NCBI GenBank assembly: GCA_050613775.1
Contig: JBODTK010000011.1
Location: 1,178,001-1,242,000 of the forward strand
Origin: Neocallimastix sp. 'constans'
Taxonomy: Eukaryota
DNA: 64,000 nucleotides
Direction: 5' to 3'
Part shown: piece after piece, positions 25,707 to 39,708 of the stretch
How positions within the stretch are numbered: the first letter of the stretch is position 1
How the letters are laid out: each line of letters opens with the position of its first letter
Notes under the pieces: model-generated
What the model was told of the DNA's origin: nothing
The model's input: the letters and a program-made list of their open reading frames with translations, nothing else
The model's database searches: none
Program-made: the position numbers and the translations under genes

Positions 25707-26501
25707 TGATGCAATATGAATAGAAATAGTTATAATTAATAATATAATCCAATATTTTATTATATACTTAATATTCTAATTATACTATATTTAATTATAT
25801 TATATTATATTTATATTATTAATTTATATATTAAAACTAATTTATATTTATTAATATTTTCTAATAAATGATATATTTTTATTAATATTTAGATAAATAA
25901 TTCATATTTTAATTAAGATAATTTTTATAATATAAATAGTTTAAATAATGTTTATAGTAAAATTAATTAATAATTTATTTTTATAATTTTAATTATTACT
26001 AACTATTTTAATTGATTTTGATGTAATAATTTCATATAACTCAGTATTAATTTTTATATAAACAAATATTATTAATTAAAGTTGTGTAGAAAAATAAGAA
26101 AAGTACTTAAAAGTAGGAAAAGATAAATTAGAATGTGAAGAATTTATTGAAATTGTTAGTAATGATTAATTAGTTTTTATTATTATTATTTATTATTATT
26201 AGTTTTTAGTATTTTCTAGTATTATTTTAGTATTAATTAAGTAATGTATGGTTATAAATTTAAGTAATTATAAACTCATTTCTTTTGTTATGAAAATTTT
26301 ATGTAGAAAGTTAATAAAAATTATTTTATGTTTAAAAATATAACAAAAATAGCAAAAATAAATAAAAAGATAAATATAATAAATAAAATAATAAATAAAT
26401 AAAAAGTAAATATAATTATTGTAATATAATATTCTTGGAGTAATTCCCTTTTGCATAAACGCCCAATTAATATATATGGTATTTAATAAAATACTGTATC
26501 A
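25707..26501. mobile_element. Putative solo LTR (G type)
   Basis: tgatgca...tgtatca termini; 4-bp spacers on both sides. Confidence 0.55.
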
Positions 26502-26505
26502 GTTA

Positions 26506-27981
26506 TGTATAAGAATTTAGATTTATTTCTTGTAAAATAATCTATCTTCTTATTTAATTAATTTATATTTTATTTATATTTCAATATTTACTAATATGTA
26601 AAAAATATATTAATTTATTCAATTAATATATTGAGAAAATAATGTAAACAAATTTGTTGTAATGTATTAATTACTTAAAAATATTATCTATATTTTATTA
26701 TTTTAATTAGTTGATAATTTATAAGATTTTAGTAATCGGTTAATTAATTTTTTTCCAAATAATATTATGATTGGGTTTTTATTAATTAATATGATGATTA
26801 ATATATTAGAATATCAATCGAAGTTATTCAGGTTTTTCTACTAATCTTTTCCTGAATATCAATTTGTTAAGATTAGATACTTTTGATTTATTAATTTTAT
26901 CGTATCTATTTTATTTATTTAATAATTACATCTATTTAATAATCACATCTATTAAAATAATTATAAATAAAAAAGTATAAAAGAGCTCAAATTTCTTTGA
27001 TTAAAGAAATTAGAGTTATTATTATATAATGCTATATAATAAAAAGAAATAAAAATCTTTTATTTATGTCTATATTTAATGTTTATAATAAACTCTATAA
27101 GTAGAATCTCTGAAACAATATTTCGAGCGTACTCAAATTCCTCAATAGATAGTGATATCTATGATTTACATATTTCTATTGGTAGCAAAACTTTTAATGA
27201 ATATTTCAGAGTAATTGAAAAAGATGATATTTTTGATATCTTAATTGATGTCGATTCCATAAAGAATAATAGATTTGATATTACCTTAGTAGATGATACT
27301 TTATACTATATTGACGAAAATAATAGTTATTAAACTAGCAGATTTATTTTATGATATAAATCTAATACTTACAAGGGCGATGAAAATATAGAACATCTAA
27401 CTACAAAATCTGAACCTTTACTATTAACAATCACAGTCGCAAATGATGAAGAAATTAAAAATACTGATGATGTAACTAATACGAAATAATAGTTAATTAA
27501 CGAAATAATATCTTCTGCTCCTGGTAATTTTAAAAATGCAATTAGTAAAATTTTTTCTAAATTTAAAAATGTAATAGCAATCAAAACAGATGACTTAGGA
27601 AAGTCAAAATTGTTACCTCATAAGATCGATTTAATTCCCGGGTCTTGAGTTCTCTTTAAGAAATCAAGAGTTATTATTATAACGATTATAATAACAATTA
27701 TAATATAATAATAACTATTAAATATTTATATTTTTTATTTAATAAAGATAGTTTAATAATAAAATAAATTTTAAAATAAAAATTAAATAAATAAAAAATT
27801 TTCCTCGTAACGAATTGGTGTAACCTTTGGTATTTGTTTATTATAATTAAGTTATAATAAACTCTTCAATATTTAGATAAGTATAAATTTCTTATTTTAT
27901 TTTTCTCAATTTAATAATTATTATAAAGTTATAATTAGTTAATAATTTAATTATATTTAATTTAATAATTAAATTATTACA
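26506..27981 (+). mobile_element. Chimeric family S LTR containing a pol fragment
   Basis: S motifs gttaagattaga and agagttattatt (twice); ends attattaca. Confidence 0.7.
27095..27642 (+). pseudogene. Degenerate pol fragment (protease C-terminus to RT start)
   Basis: FRVIEKDDIFDILI and LGKSKLLPHKIDLIPG resemble the same region of elements B and E; internal stops. Confidence 0.75.
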
Positions 27982-29320
27982 TGTAAAAGGTAAGTTGATT
28001 ATTAACTAAAATAACGAATAATAACTAATTTTAAAGGCTAAGATAATTTAACACCTTTCTATTCGAGTTGTTAATAATAAACACTAAAATTAACTATAAT
28101 TATAATTATTTATCTCTATTACTCTAGAATATAGCGCAGCACTTTATAACTCTATTTGTTATTAGTTACTGGGCTTACACAGGGTAAATTTATTTATTTA
28201 ATAATTAAATTTTTATTTTTATATTAATATTTATTTTAACAATTTACATTAATAGTAACGCTAGTGCGTTACAGTTACAAGTTCAGTTATTTTTTATACA
28301 TGTTAATAATTTTATGATTGGTAAATAATTTAATTTAACTTAATTTACTAATCAACTAAATAAAATTATATTAAACTAAATATTTAACTATATAATTAAC
28401 TATAAAAATAAACTATAAAATAGTAAAATTAATGTACGAAATTTAAGAAAAGATTTTATTTGATTGACTGAAATTGATAACTGTTTAGAGATACGTTACG
28501 TAACCAAAGGACTATCATTGGATAGGCTTAAAGTTACCATGCATCTATTACAATTTATTGAGTTATGGTACGATTAAATAAAGAAAAATTAAACTATTTA
28601 AAGAAAATATTACAGTAAAAAATATTATTAACAATTATAAATAAATATTAAAAAAATTGAATATTAAAATATTAGTTATAGAATATTATAAAATTAAATA
28701 AAATATAAATAAATGTATTAAAAAATCATGTATTAATTATATTATATTATTTAATATTGTAAAACTTTTATAGAATATTTTAATAATTTAGAAATTTTAA
28801 GTTTATATTTTATTATTATATTTTTATATTTTTATTATTATATTTTTATTATTAAAATTTTTAATAAATTTTATTAAAATTTTATTATTAAATAAAATTT
28901 TTTTTATTTTTTTCTTAATCCAATCAAATAAATATTTTATTAGTATAAAAAAGAACAAAGTAACACAATACTTTAGTTCTCTCTCTTTTTTCTTACGACT
29001 TTATTATTATTATTTTTTTAATATTTTCTAAAAGATAAAATAATAAATTAAATAGTTTAAAATATATAAATATTTATTAAATAGTTTTTCTAAATTTAGT
29101 GTTCTTGAAGTGTTTAATTAGTAGTTTTTTTGAGTTTAGTTGTATAGTAGTAAGATAGTATAATATAAAAATTAGTTTAGTAATAGATTAGTTAGATTAA
29201 ACATTTTATAGATATAGCAATAGGTTTAGTGAAATTATTTAGTTTAGATTTGATTAGTTTAGATTAGGATATTAGTATAAGTTATTTTAATTTAGTTTAT
29301 ATTATTTTAGATTAGGACAG
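27982..29320 (+). mobile_element. Family K LTR, 3' end lost or diverged
   Basis: Starts tgtaaaaggt; homologous to 39711-41090 (gtaacgctagtgcgttac, ccaatcaaat...tataaaaaagaac). Confidence 0.8.
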
Positions 29321-29324
29321 TTTA

Positions 29325-29899
29325 GACTAAGATTATATTAATAATTTCAATTGTCTACATATGACATCACATGTATTTATTTTATTATGTTTATACATAT
29401 GTTTACATCATATATATTAACTACTATTTTTAATTATTCAAATTAATTATATAATTACAAATTGCATTTATTTAGTTATATTAAATATTTTAAACATATC
29501 GATATTGTTATTATCTTAATATTTTATTAATATTCATTTTACTATATTATTAATATCTTATAATTAAATACTATTATTATGTAACTTACAAAGTATAAAA
29601 GAAAGATGTAAAAATCTATCTTTTATGTTCTTTGTAAGGTTATTGTGTTTGCATTAATTATATACTAATAATTCAACTTTTATTAAAATAAATAGATCTT
29701 TTTTATAAATCTTCAAAAAAATTATTGCTTAAATTATTCTTTAAATATTAAGTGTTTAAATAATTTAATTAATTATCTTATTTTATTTAATTATCAATTT
29801 ATTATTAATTAATTATTGTTGGATTATTAATATATAAATCAACATATTAATCTAGTTACGTTATTAATTATAAAGCTATTTTATATCTTAATTTTAACA
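29325..29899 (+). mobile_element. Partial family N LTR
   Basis: Reverse-complement match to 50801-51350; ends ttttaaca. Confidence 0.75.
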
Positions 29900-32070
29900 A
29901 AAAAAAATAATATCACGGTACAAATTTTATAAAGTTTAATAATAAACAATTAATAAATTAATAAAAATAAAAATATATTAAAAATATTTTAATAATAATA
30001 AATGTATAATAAACAATGAACAGAAATAATAATTTTTAAAATATTATTAATTATAACATGTAAACAAATTTTAAAATGTATAATTTACTAAATTAATATA
30101 AATATTTCTTAATTTTATTTATTTTAATAATCAGATTTTTATATAGTTTTTACTCATTCTAATCATAAATTAAATATTAATAATAATATTAAATAATTAA
30201 AATAATAATTTAAATTATAAAATTAAAAGATGTATTTAAAATAATTTATAAAATAAATAAAATATATATTAATAAAATTCTTAATCATAAAAACAACTTT
30301 TTTCTAAATTTATTTATTGATATTGGTTATATCACTTTCTGAGCCTATTCAGAATTGAGATATAAACCATAAATATCATTTTTGATAAATAACGAAATTA
30401 TAAAATTAAAATAAATAATAAATAATAAATTCTTATTTAACTTAACCTATTAGAAATCTTGAAATCAATTTAAGAAAATTAATTAAAAGAAATAAATGAA
30501 AATAAAATAATAATAATCTAATTAATTATTAACAATTTTAATTAAAACTAAAACAAATTAATTAATTTTCTTCTAAAATTACAAATAAACAAAATAATAA
30601 ACAAATTTAATAAATTGTAAATAATAAATAAACAAACTTATAAACATTTCAAAATTAAAATTAAATAGTTAAATAATCCTCAAATTACTTTTATTTAAAA
30701 TAATTAATATTTTATTTATTTTATAACAAAACTTTTATAAACAAATTATAATTAAAACTTTTTTATTTTAATACTTTATTTGTAAGTATTTATAACAATT
30801 ATTTATTTTATTGTTTATAAATGTAAATAGTTTAAAATCATTGAAAATATAAAAACATGTAAAATATTTCATATAAATTATTCTTTATTATTAATAATTT
30901 CAATAAATTATTTTATATATTTTATTAGTTTATTAATTGTTAATAATCAAATTTTATTTTTAAAATTTAAATAAATTATGATAAATAATAAATAATTTTA
31001 TTTTATTATTTTATTAGTTTTAATAATCACTTTTCTGTTATTAATTTAAATAAAATTAATTATTAAATAAATAAAGATTAATATTTAAAATAAAAAAATC
31101 TTTTTAATAAAACAATTTGTGTTTAATAATAAAACATATTTATTTTTAAATTTATTAATTTTTTCTTATTTGTTTTAGTATTTATACTTTTATTCACTTC
31201 TACAAAATTTAATTTTTGTAGATTAAGAATAACAGGTATAAATCATTTTTGGTAAAGAACGAATATATAATGGATTATTAATTAGAATTTCAACTTACTT
31301 TAGAATCCATTATATTGTTCTTTACTTAATATTACTTTACTATATTTTCTATACTAAATTATTTTATAAATATATTTTTTTTATATTTTTATTAAAAAGT
31401 TACTAAAATATTATCAATAATTCTATATTTTTATTATTAATATCAATATCTAATATAACCTTAAATTTTATTATTTTATTAAAGTGTTTATTATCAATAT
31501 TAATATTTTATCTTTATTTTCAAATATATTATTATATTATTATTATATTTTATCAATATTAAAATTGTATTCTTTTTAGTATTTTATTTTATTTTTAAAT
31601 TGATTATTTAATTTATAAATATTTTTATTCCCGACAAATAAAATCAAATCTTAATTGATTAATAATAAATATTAAATATATTATAGTTTTTAAATTTATA
31701 TTCTTGATTAAACTAACTTTATTTTTCTGTAAAGCCTTTTTAAATTTTGTTTGTTTCTTTTCGTATATATTAAATAATTTAGTTTTAGTATATGAAAAAT
31801 AATATAAAATTATATAAACAAATTTATTAAAATAAAAATACTTATGAATTAGTTAATTTAAATTAATATAAAATTTGAAGAAATTAGTAATAGTAAATTA
31901 TTTTTTTTTAAATATGATGATAAAATGTAGAAAGGCTTTACATATTTATTTTTTTCAAAAAGTATAAATAAGTGAAGTTTTTCAATAATTAAAATGTAGA
32001 CAGACAAAAACAAAAAAAAAATAAATAATTAAATAAAAATATTTCTAATAAACCCGAACCATAACAATTG

Positions 32071-32590
32071 TGATAAAGAATAAAATAATAATGATATATT
32101 TAACATATATTCTTAATAATTTATTATATAAAAATATATTATTATATTCTTTACTATTAATAATTTTCTTATATTTTATATAATAATTTTTATATTAATT
32201 ATATTTTATAATTTTAAATATTAATTTATGTAATTAATTAATTTATATGATTGGATTTAATAATGTAATTAAATAATATAAAAAATATGTATAATCCATA
32301 TTTATTATGAGGGGGGCCTTTCTGAGGAAAGAATTAGTAGAAATAATAGTGAAAATGAAATAGGAATAATAATTGAAAGGTTTCCCATATTGTTATAAAA
32401 ATAAATATTAATATTAATAAAGTTAGTTTTAACAATAAAATAATTATATAATTTATAAATAAAATATTTTTAATAATAATTCTTTAAATAAAATTCATAA
32501 TGTGTAGTAATAATTTCTTTAGTGTAATTTAGTTAGTTAATTTATCTACTTATTAATGTTCACACTCCTTTTACAATATGAACCTCAACA
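32071..32590 (+). mobile_element. Solo LTR, family F
   Basis: tgataaagaat...aacctcaaca flanked by attg on both sides. Confidence 0.75.
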
Positions 32591-32594
32591 ATTG

Positions 32595-33365
32595 TGTAAA
32601 AGGTAAGTTTATTATTAACAAAAATAACAAATAATAATTAATTTTAAAGACTAACTTAACACCCCTCTATTGGAATTGTTAATAATAAACACTAGAATTA
32701 ATTATAATTATAATTATTTATTATTAAATTTTTATTATTAAATTTTTATTATTAAATTTTTATTATTAAATTTTTATTATTAAATCTAGTCCAATCAAAT
32801 AACTGTTTTAATTGTATAAAAAGAACAAAGTAGTACAATACTTTAGTTCTTTCTCTCTTTTTCTTACAACTACAACTTTATTATTGTATTATTCTTTTGT
32901 TATTTTAGAGTTAAATAATAAATTAAATAGTTAAATTGAAATAAAATTAGTTTAAATAATTAAATAAAATTAGTTTAAATAATTAAATAAAATTAGTTTA
33001 AATAATTAAATTAGAATAGTTAAATAATTAAATTAGAATAGTTCAAATAATAAAATTAGTATAGATTAAATAATAAAAATAAAATAGTTTAGTTTAAATA
33101 AAATTAAATTAAAAATAATTTGAATGTTGTTTTTAAGTGTTTTAAGATTTTATGTTTAATGTTTAGAGTTAATAATTATTGTTGAATAATTAGATTATTT
33201 AGATTAGGTTTGAAATTATTTTTAGTTATTTTAGTATAGTTAAATTATTTAATATTTAGATTTTTAAATTAGAATAATAAATTAGAATAATAAAATAGAA
33301 TATAAAATTTTCTTTAGTTATTAGAATATATTATTTTATTATTAAAACTCTTCAAGACTGTACCA
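32595..33365 (+). mobile_element. Solo LTR, family K (internally deleted)
   Basis: tgtaaaaggt...ctgtacca, same termini as 39711-41090. Confidence 0.8.
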
Positions 33366-33370
33366 TTGTG

Positions 33371-34278
33371 TGTTAGAAATTGAAATAAAAATTCTATTAT
33401 AGCAATTTCTAATCCACAATTTTATTTTAATAATAATATTATTAACTAAAATTGGGAAATTTTAAATTTGTTTTATTAAAAAAATCGAGTTTATTATAAG
33501 AAAATTTAATTTATTTATTTATTTAATTTATTTTATTTTTTTAAAAAAAATAAATAAAAATTATTTTAAAATAAAAAAAAAATAATAATATTATTATTAT
33601 TATTTAAATTATAAAATTTTATTGTTATTATTATTTTTCTTATAATAATAACTCTTAATTTCATAAAAAGAACTTAAGAGTCTCTATTTATACTTTTACA
33701 AAATTTTAAATTAAATATTGTCTAATCTTAACAAATTTCTTATTTAGGAAAAGATTAGAAGAAAAACCTAAATAAGTTTCGATTAATATTCTAAACATAT
33801 TTATCATCGGATCATATATGTAAAATCGATACCAATCAGTATTCGGGAAAACCTTAAAGATCGATTTTCTAATTACTTTTATAATAAATAATTCTAATTA
33901 AATGTCCAAAATGATAAATAAAAAAAATTAAAAATTGAATAAATTTGTTCAAATTTAGAAAAAAAAAATTTTTTTTTTGTTATGAAAAATTTTAAATAAT
34001 TTTTGATTACATCTAAAATGTCCAAAAATTTAAATAATAATTCTAACGAATAAATTATTGAATAATATTAATTAATTATTAATAATTAAGTTTAACTAAT
34101 AATTGGTTAACTACTCCTAATTTTTAAATAATTTTACATGTAATAGTTATTGTACATCGTTACAAAACAAATAACGATAATGTAAAAATAATGTATTTCT
34201 AATTATTAATTTTTAATATATTAATACATAATAAGAAATAATAATTATAATTTAAAATTTTATTATTATTTCTTACAT
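33371..34278 (-). mobile_element. Solo LTR, family S
   Basis: Reverse S motifs aataataactctt and tctaatcttaacaa; TSD ttgtg. Confidence 0.8.
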
Positions 34279-34281
34279 TGT

Positions 34282-35005
34282 GTTAAGGTTTAGGGAATTA
34301 AATAAAAACAATAAGTAAATATACAAATTTTATTTATTTATTTATTTATTTATTATTTTTTTTATTAATTTATTAATTAATTGATTAATTAATTTTATTA
34401 AAATTGGTAGCAAAATTTACAACTATTTATACTTTTTTTAAGGCATAAAAATTGTTCTTGCCACTAAATTTTATATTATTACATTTTTTTTATAAAAACT
34501 ATTAAATTTAAATGTTAATTCTGATACCTTTCTAAGTAGTATCACCTTATGTGTAATATAATTATATGTGAAAAAAAGTTTAAAAGCAAAACACAATAAC
34601 TAATAAGTTACACTTTTGTATGATAAAAATAAAAGATTTTATATTTTATTTATTATTGATTTATTTTATTTATTAATTATATAATATTATAATTTTATTA
34701 TTTAATAATATATTTTTTATTTGATAATATAAAGTATTAATAATATTAGTATTATAGAAAAACTTATTAATTATATTTGTTTTTATGAATAAGAAACCGT
34801 TATTCAATCTATAACTATATATCAACAAGTTTTTCAAAAGTAAAACAAAGATTAAAATATTTAAGAAAATTTTTGATTTAATTTTTGATATTTGAATTTA
34901 AAAATTTATTAAAGTACAAAAATAATAATGTACACATAATATATTAGAAATAAATCATAAATTTAATTAAGAATTAAGAATGCATTATTTAGTACATTCT
35001 TATCA
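34282..35005 (-). mobile_element. Solo LTR, family F
   Basis: Both ends homologous to 20190-21007. Confidence 0.8.
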
Positions 35006-35011
35006 AATGTT

Positions 35012-36762
35012 TGTAATAATCTTACTAAGTACTATTACTTAATATGATTATTAATTTCATCTTAACGACTAATTCATTAAGTTGAGAAAATAAAATAATT
35101 TTATACCTGAATCGACTTTATTATAAACTTAATTATAATAATATCAATGCACAAAAATAGAAGAATGTTTAGATAAAGTTTATTTGTAAAATATTTTTTT
35201 ATTAGAAATTATTTTAATATTTATTTAAAGATAAAAATATAAATTATTATTATTATAAATAGGTTTTTATAATAATAACTCTTGATTTCTTAAAGAGAAC
35301 TCAAGAGCCTTATTTATTATAAAGTGTTTTATGATAAAACAGATTATAATAATACAAAAACACTATTATAAATAAATTCTTTTTTATTAAAAATATTTGG
35401 TTTATTAAAAATCTTTTATTAAATAGTTCTTATTATGTTATGAACTATCAAATTATAAAAAATAACAATTACATTTTTTCAATTAAAGAAAATTTACAAT
35501 ATTTATATTTTTTTCTTAATTATATTCTAATATATTAAATTAATTTAATTTACATATATTCAATTTAAATATTAATAATAATTAATTTTATAAAATAATA
35601 AAATATTTAAACTAAAACTAATTATAGTATAATTTTCTAATTAACTATTTTTTATTATAACTATTTTTTATTATAACTATTTTTTATTATAACTATTTAA
35701 ATATTTTAACTAATTTAAAATTAAACTAAAAACTATTAATAATATTATATTATACTATTTAAATAAATAAAAATTTAACAATAACAGATTTGGCGAATTT
35801 TTTGTAACTAAATTATTTAATTTCATATTTAATAAATATAAATTTAAATAATTTAAGTTCTAATTTATAATTTTAAATTTCAATTATTAATTTAAGGAGA
35901 AATAATTGTTTAAAGTATTTAATTCATGTACGTAAATTTGATGTATGATTTTTCGTTTACATAAATTTATTGAAATACGCTTTAATTCATAAATTAATGT
36001 AAATTACATAATTTTATTCAAGATATCGTGGAAAAAATTTCATACATAAATTAATATAATAATGAATTACATAAATTTATTAAAGATATAAAGATATCTT
36101 TACATTTATATTTTTTTAAGAAAATAAGGTTAAATAAAAAAGGTTTTCTAATCTTAACAAATTTCTTATCTAGAAAAAGACTAGAAGAAAAAACTAGATA
36201 AGTTTCGATCAGTATTCTATTCATATTGATCATCGTATATTATAAGTAAAACCAAATATATTATAATACTTGGATAAAACCTTAAAAAAACGATTTTCTA
36301 TTTTTTAATTTAGATCATCAAATAAAAGGGAAAATAAATAATAACCGAATCTGATCTAAATTAATCTAATTTTCAAAATATCATTAAAATCTAATCTAAG
36401 CTTATAAATATAACACTATCTTTTAAACTAAAATATAAAATTATACAAATATAGAAACTTATTAATTATTTCTTTAAATGTACAATGTAAAAATAAATAA
36501 AAATAATGTTTTACATTAAATTAATAATTAAGTGAATAATTTAAATAAATTGTTAATATTAATAAGTGTATAAATAATAATTATTTAATTAAATCTTCTA
36601 ATATTATTTAAGTGTATGAATAATTATAATATTAATAAATTTGATAATAATATTTCAATGTATGAATTAGTTATAATTTAAATAAATTTATAATTATTAT
36701 CAATAATTATAAAGACTAAGAAATAATAATTATTTATTAGTAAATAATTATTATTTCTTACA
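35012..36762 (-). mobile_element. Solo LTR, family S (subtype S1) with a ~0.75-kb AT-rich insertion
   Basis: Collinear with 48232-49171 except for extra sequence at about 35315-36100. Confidence 0.8.
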
Positions 36763-36765
36763 TGT

Positions 36766-37740
36766 TGATAAAGAATGCTCAAATAATGTTCTTTTTGTTA
36801 TTCATCCTAAATGATTCATTTAACCCACAAATTATTTGATTCTTTGTTCTTTCTTTTGGAACTTTCTATATTCTAATAAATTAATCTATATTCCTGGTTA
36901 GTACAAATTAAATTATACTATTTAAAAGAATATTTAATATTAATTTCTTATCTATGCTACCTTTATTATTCTTATCAATATTTTATTATTATTAAAATCC
37001 TTATCAATATTATATAGTTTATTTTATCAATTTTTTTTAGTTTATCAAAATCTTATCAATATTTCTTTTATTAATATTAAACTTATCAATATTAGTTATT
37101 TCTTTGGAAAATTCCAAATTAAAAAAATTGTATTAATGATTACTAATAAAAATTAAACATAAAAGAAAATAGTTATACTATTATTATATGTTTTATTATA
37201 AATATTATATTATAAATTATAAATTTGATGAAATTATAAATTTTATATTAACAATTTAAATAATAATATTTTTCTAAACATAGTAAAATTAAACTTTAAG
37301 ATTAAATAAATATTACTAAACCACTGAATTAACTTCTGTAAAATAAAAAAAATGTCTTTTAAAGTATATAATTAAGTAGATTAGTAATAAATAATTAGTA
37401 ATAGATTAATATATAAGTATTATTTATTATAAATTAAATAATAATTATATTAATAATAAAAAAATAATATAAAATATTTAATAATAGTTAATTTTCATTA
37501 TACAAAGATATGACTTTACCATTTCTATTATTTTAAGAAAAAGTATAAATAACAGTAAAAAAAAATAGTAATTTTTATATTGTAATTTTCTTAATATTGT
37601 AATTTTTAATAAAAATTTAATAAAAGATTTATAAAATAAAAAATTATAAAATTATTATTTTATTATTTTTCTTTTTCATTAATTTCTTTTTATTGTTTAT
37701 ATTATTACTTATTTTTATTTTCCCTCTCCGAACCTAAACA
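36766..37740 (+). mobile_element. Solo LTR, family F
   Basis: tgataaagaatg...ccgaacctaaaca. Confidence 0.7.
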
Positions 37741-37746
37741 TGTTGT

Positions 37747-38719
37747 TGTAAGAAATATTAATTATTTATTAATAAATAATTAATATTTCTTAGTCTTTAT
37801 AATTATTAATAATAATTATAAATTTATTTAAATTATTAATATTGCATACATTGAAATATTATATCTAACTTTATTAAAAAATATAATTTTTATATATTTA
37901 ATTAATATTTGGAAATTTATTTAAATAATTATTATATATACATTTATTAATATTATCAATTCATTTAGTCATTCATTTAATTATTAATTTAATGTAAACA
38001 TTACTTTTATTTATTTTTTATATTTTTTACATTGTACATTTAAAAGAATAATCAATAGGTTTCTGTATTTTCTATAATTCTATATTTTAGTTTAAAGATA
38101 GTTTTATGTTAATAAGCTTAGATTAGATTGTAATAATAATAATATTTGGAAAATTAGATTAATTTAGATCATTTCGGTTATTATTTATTTTTCCTTTTAT
38201 TTGATGATCTAAATTAAAATTTAAAAAATCGGTATTTTAAGGTTTTATCCAAATATATAATTATATATTTGGTTTTCACTTAAAATATACAATGATCAAT
38301 ATGAATAGAATATCGATCAAAACTTATCTAGTTTTTTCTTCTAATATTTTTCTGGATAAGAGATTTGTTAAGATTAGAAAACCTTTTTTATTTAACCTTA
38401 TTTTCTTAAAAAATATAAATAAGGCTAGTTCTCTTTAAGAAATCAAGAGTTATTATTATAAAAACCTATTTATAATAATAATAATTTATATTTTTATCTT
38501 TAAATAAATAATAAAATAATTTCTAATAAAAATATTTTACAAATAAATTTTATCTAAACATTCTTCTATTTTTGTGCAGTGTTATTATTATAATTAAGTT
38601 TATAATAAACTCGATTCAGGTATAAAATTATTTTACTTTATTTTCTCAACTTAATGAATTAGTCGTTAAGTTGAAATTAATAATGATATTAAATAATAGT
38701 ACTTAGTATGATTATTACA
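37747..38719 (+). mobile_element. Solo LTR, family S (S1)
   Basis: tgtaagaaat...attattaca; TSD gttgt; inverted homolog of 48232-49171. Confidence 0.85.
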
Positions 38720-38721
38720 GT

Positions 38722-39708
38722 TGTAAGAAATCATAATTATTCAATAATGAATGATTAATATTTCTTATAATTAATGAAAAATCATTAATAATTTATAATT
38801 ATTTATAAAATAATAATTATTTTTTAAAAATATTTATTTAAATAATAATCAATATATTCATTGATTTTAACTTATAAATTTATTTAATAGTTATATTTTC
38901 ATATATTGATCTAAATTTATTTACATATTATAATTTATACATTTATATAAATAATATAAAATTTATTTGCTTATTATTACTATTCATTTAAATAGAATTT
39001 TTACAAAAGATTATGTAAATTTGTATTTAATATTTTACCATAAAAATAAAATTATGTATTTTATAATGTATTATAAACTATAAATGTATCTAATCTATCA
39101 TATTATTTAATTTTTTTTTTAAATAAAAAAAAAAAAAATTCTTTTTTTTTTTTTATTAATTCCTATCCTATCATTATTTAATATTTTAATAATTAATTAG
39201 AAAATCGGAAATTAATGTTTTTCCAGCAAATTGATTTTCTTTAATTATACGATGATCAAAATGATTAGAATTTTGATCGAAAAACTATTTAGGTTTTTCT
39301 TCCAATCTTTTCCTAAATAGATTTTTTGTTAAGATTAGAAAATAAATTTATTTAACCGATTGATTTTTTTGAAAAAATATAAATAGGACTATTGAATTCT
39401 CTTTGAGAAATCATTATTATTTTAAGAAAATATAATAAATAATAACTAATAAAATAAATTTTATATTTATATATCAAAAAATTATTATTAATCATAAAAG
39501 CTTTTTTTTTAAAATATTTTCAACTACTATTCTACTATTGATGGTTATTGTTTATTATATTTACTTATAATAAACTCTACGTAATTATTAAGTATAATTT
39601 AAATTTTTTAATTTTTATTATTTCAATTTTAATATTATGTAAAAAATAATATTAAAATTGTAGATAATAGTTATATTAACTAATTTTAGTTTTAGAATAG
39701 CTATTACA
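38722..39708 (+). mobile_element. Solo LTR, family S (S2)
   Basis: tgtaagaaatcat...ctattaca; inverted homolog of 49177-50184. Confidence 0.85.
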
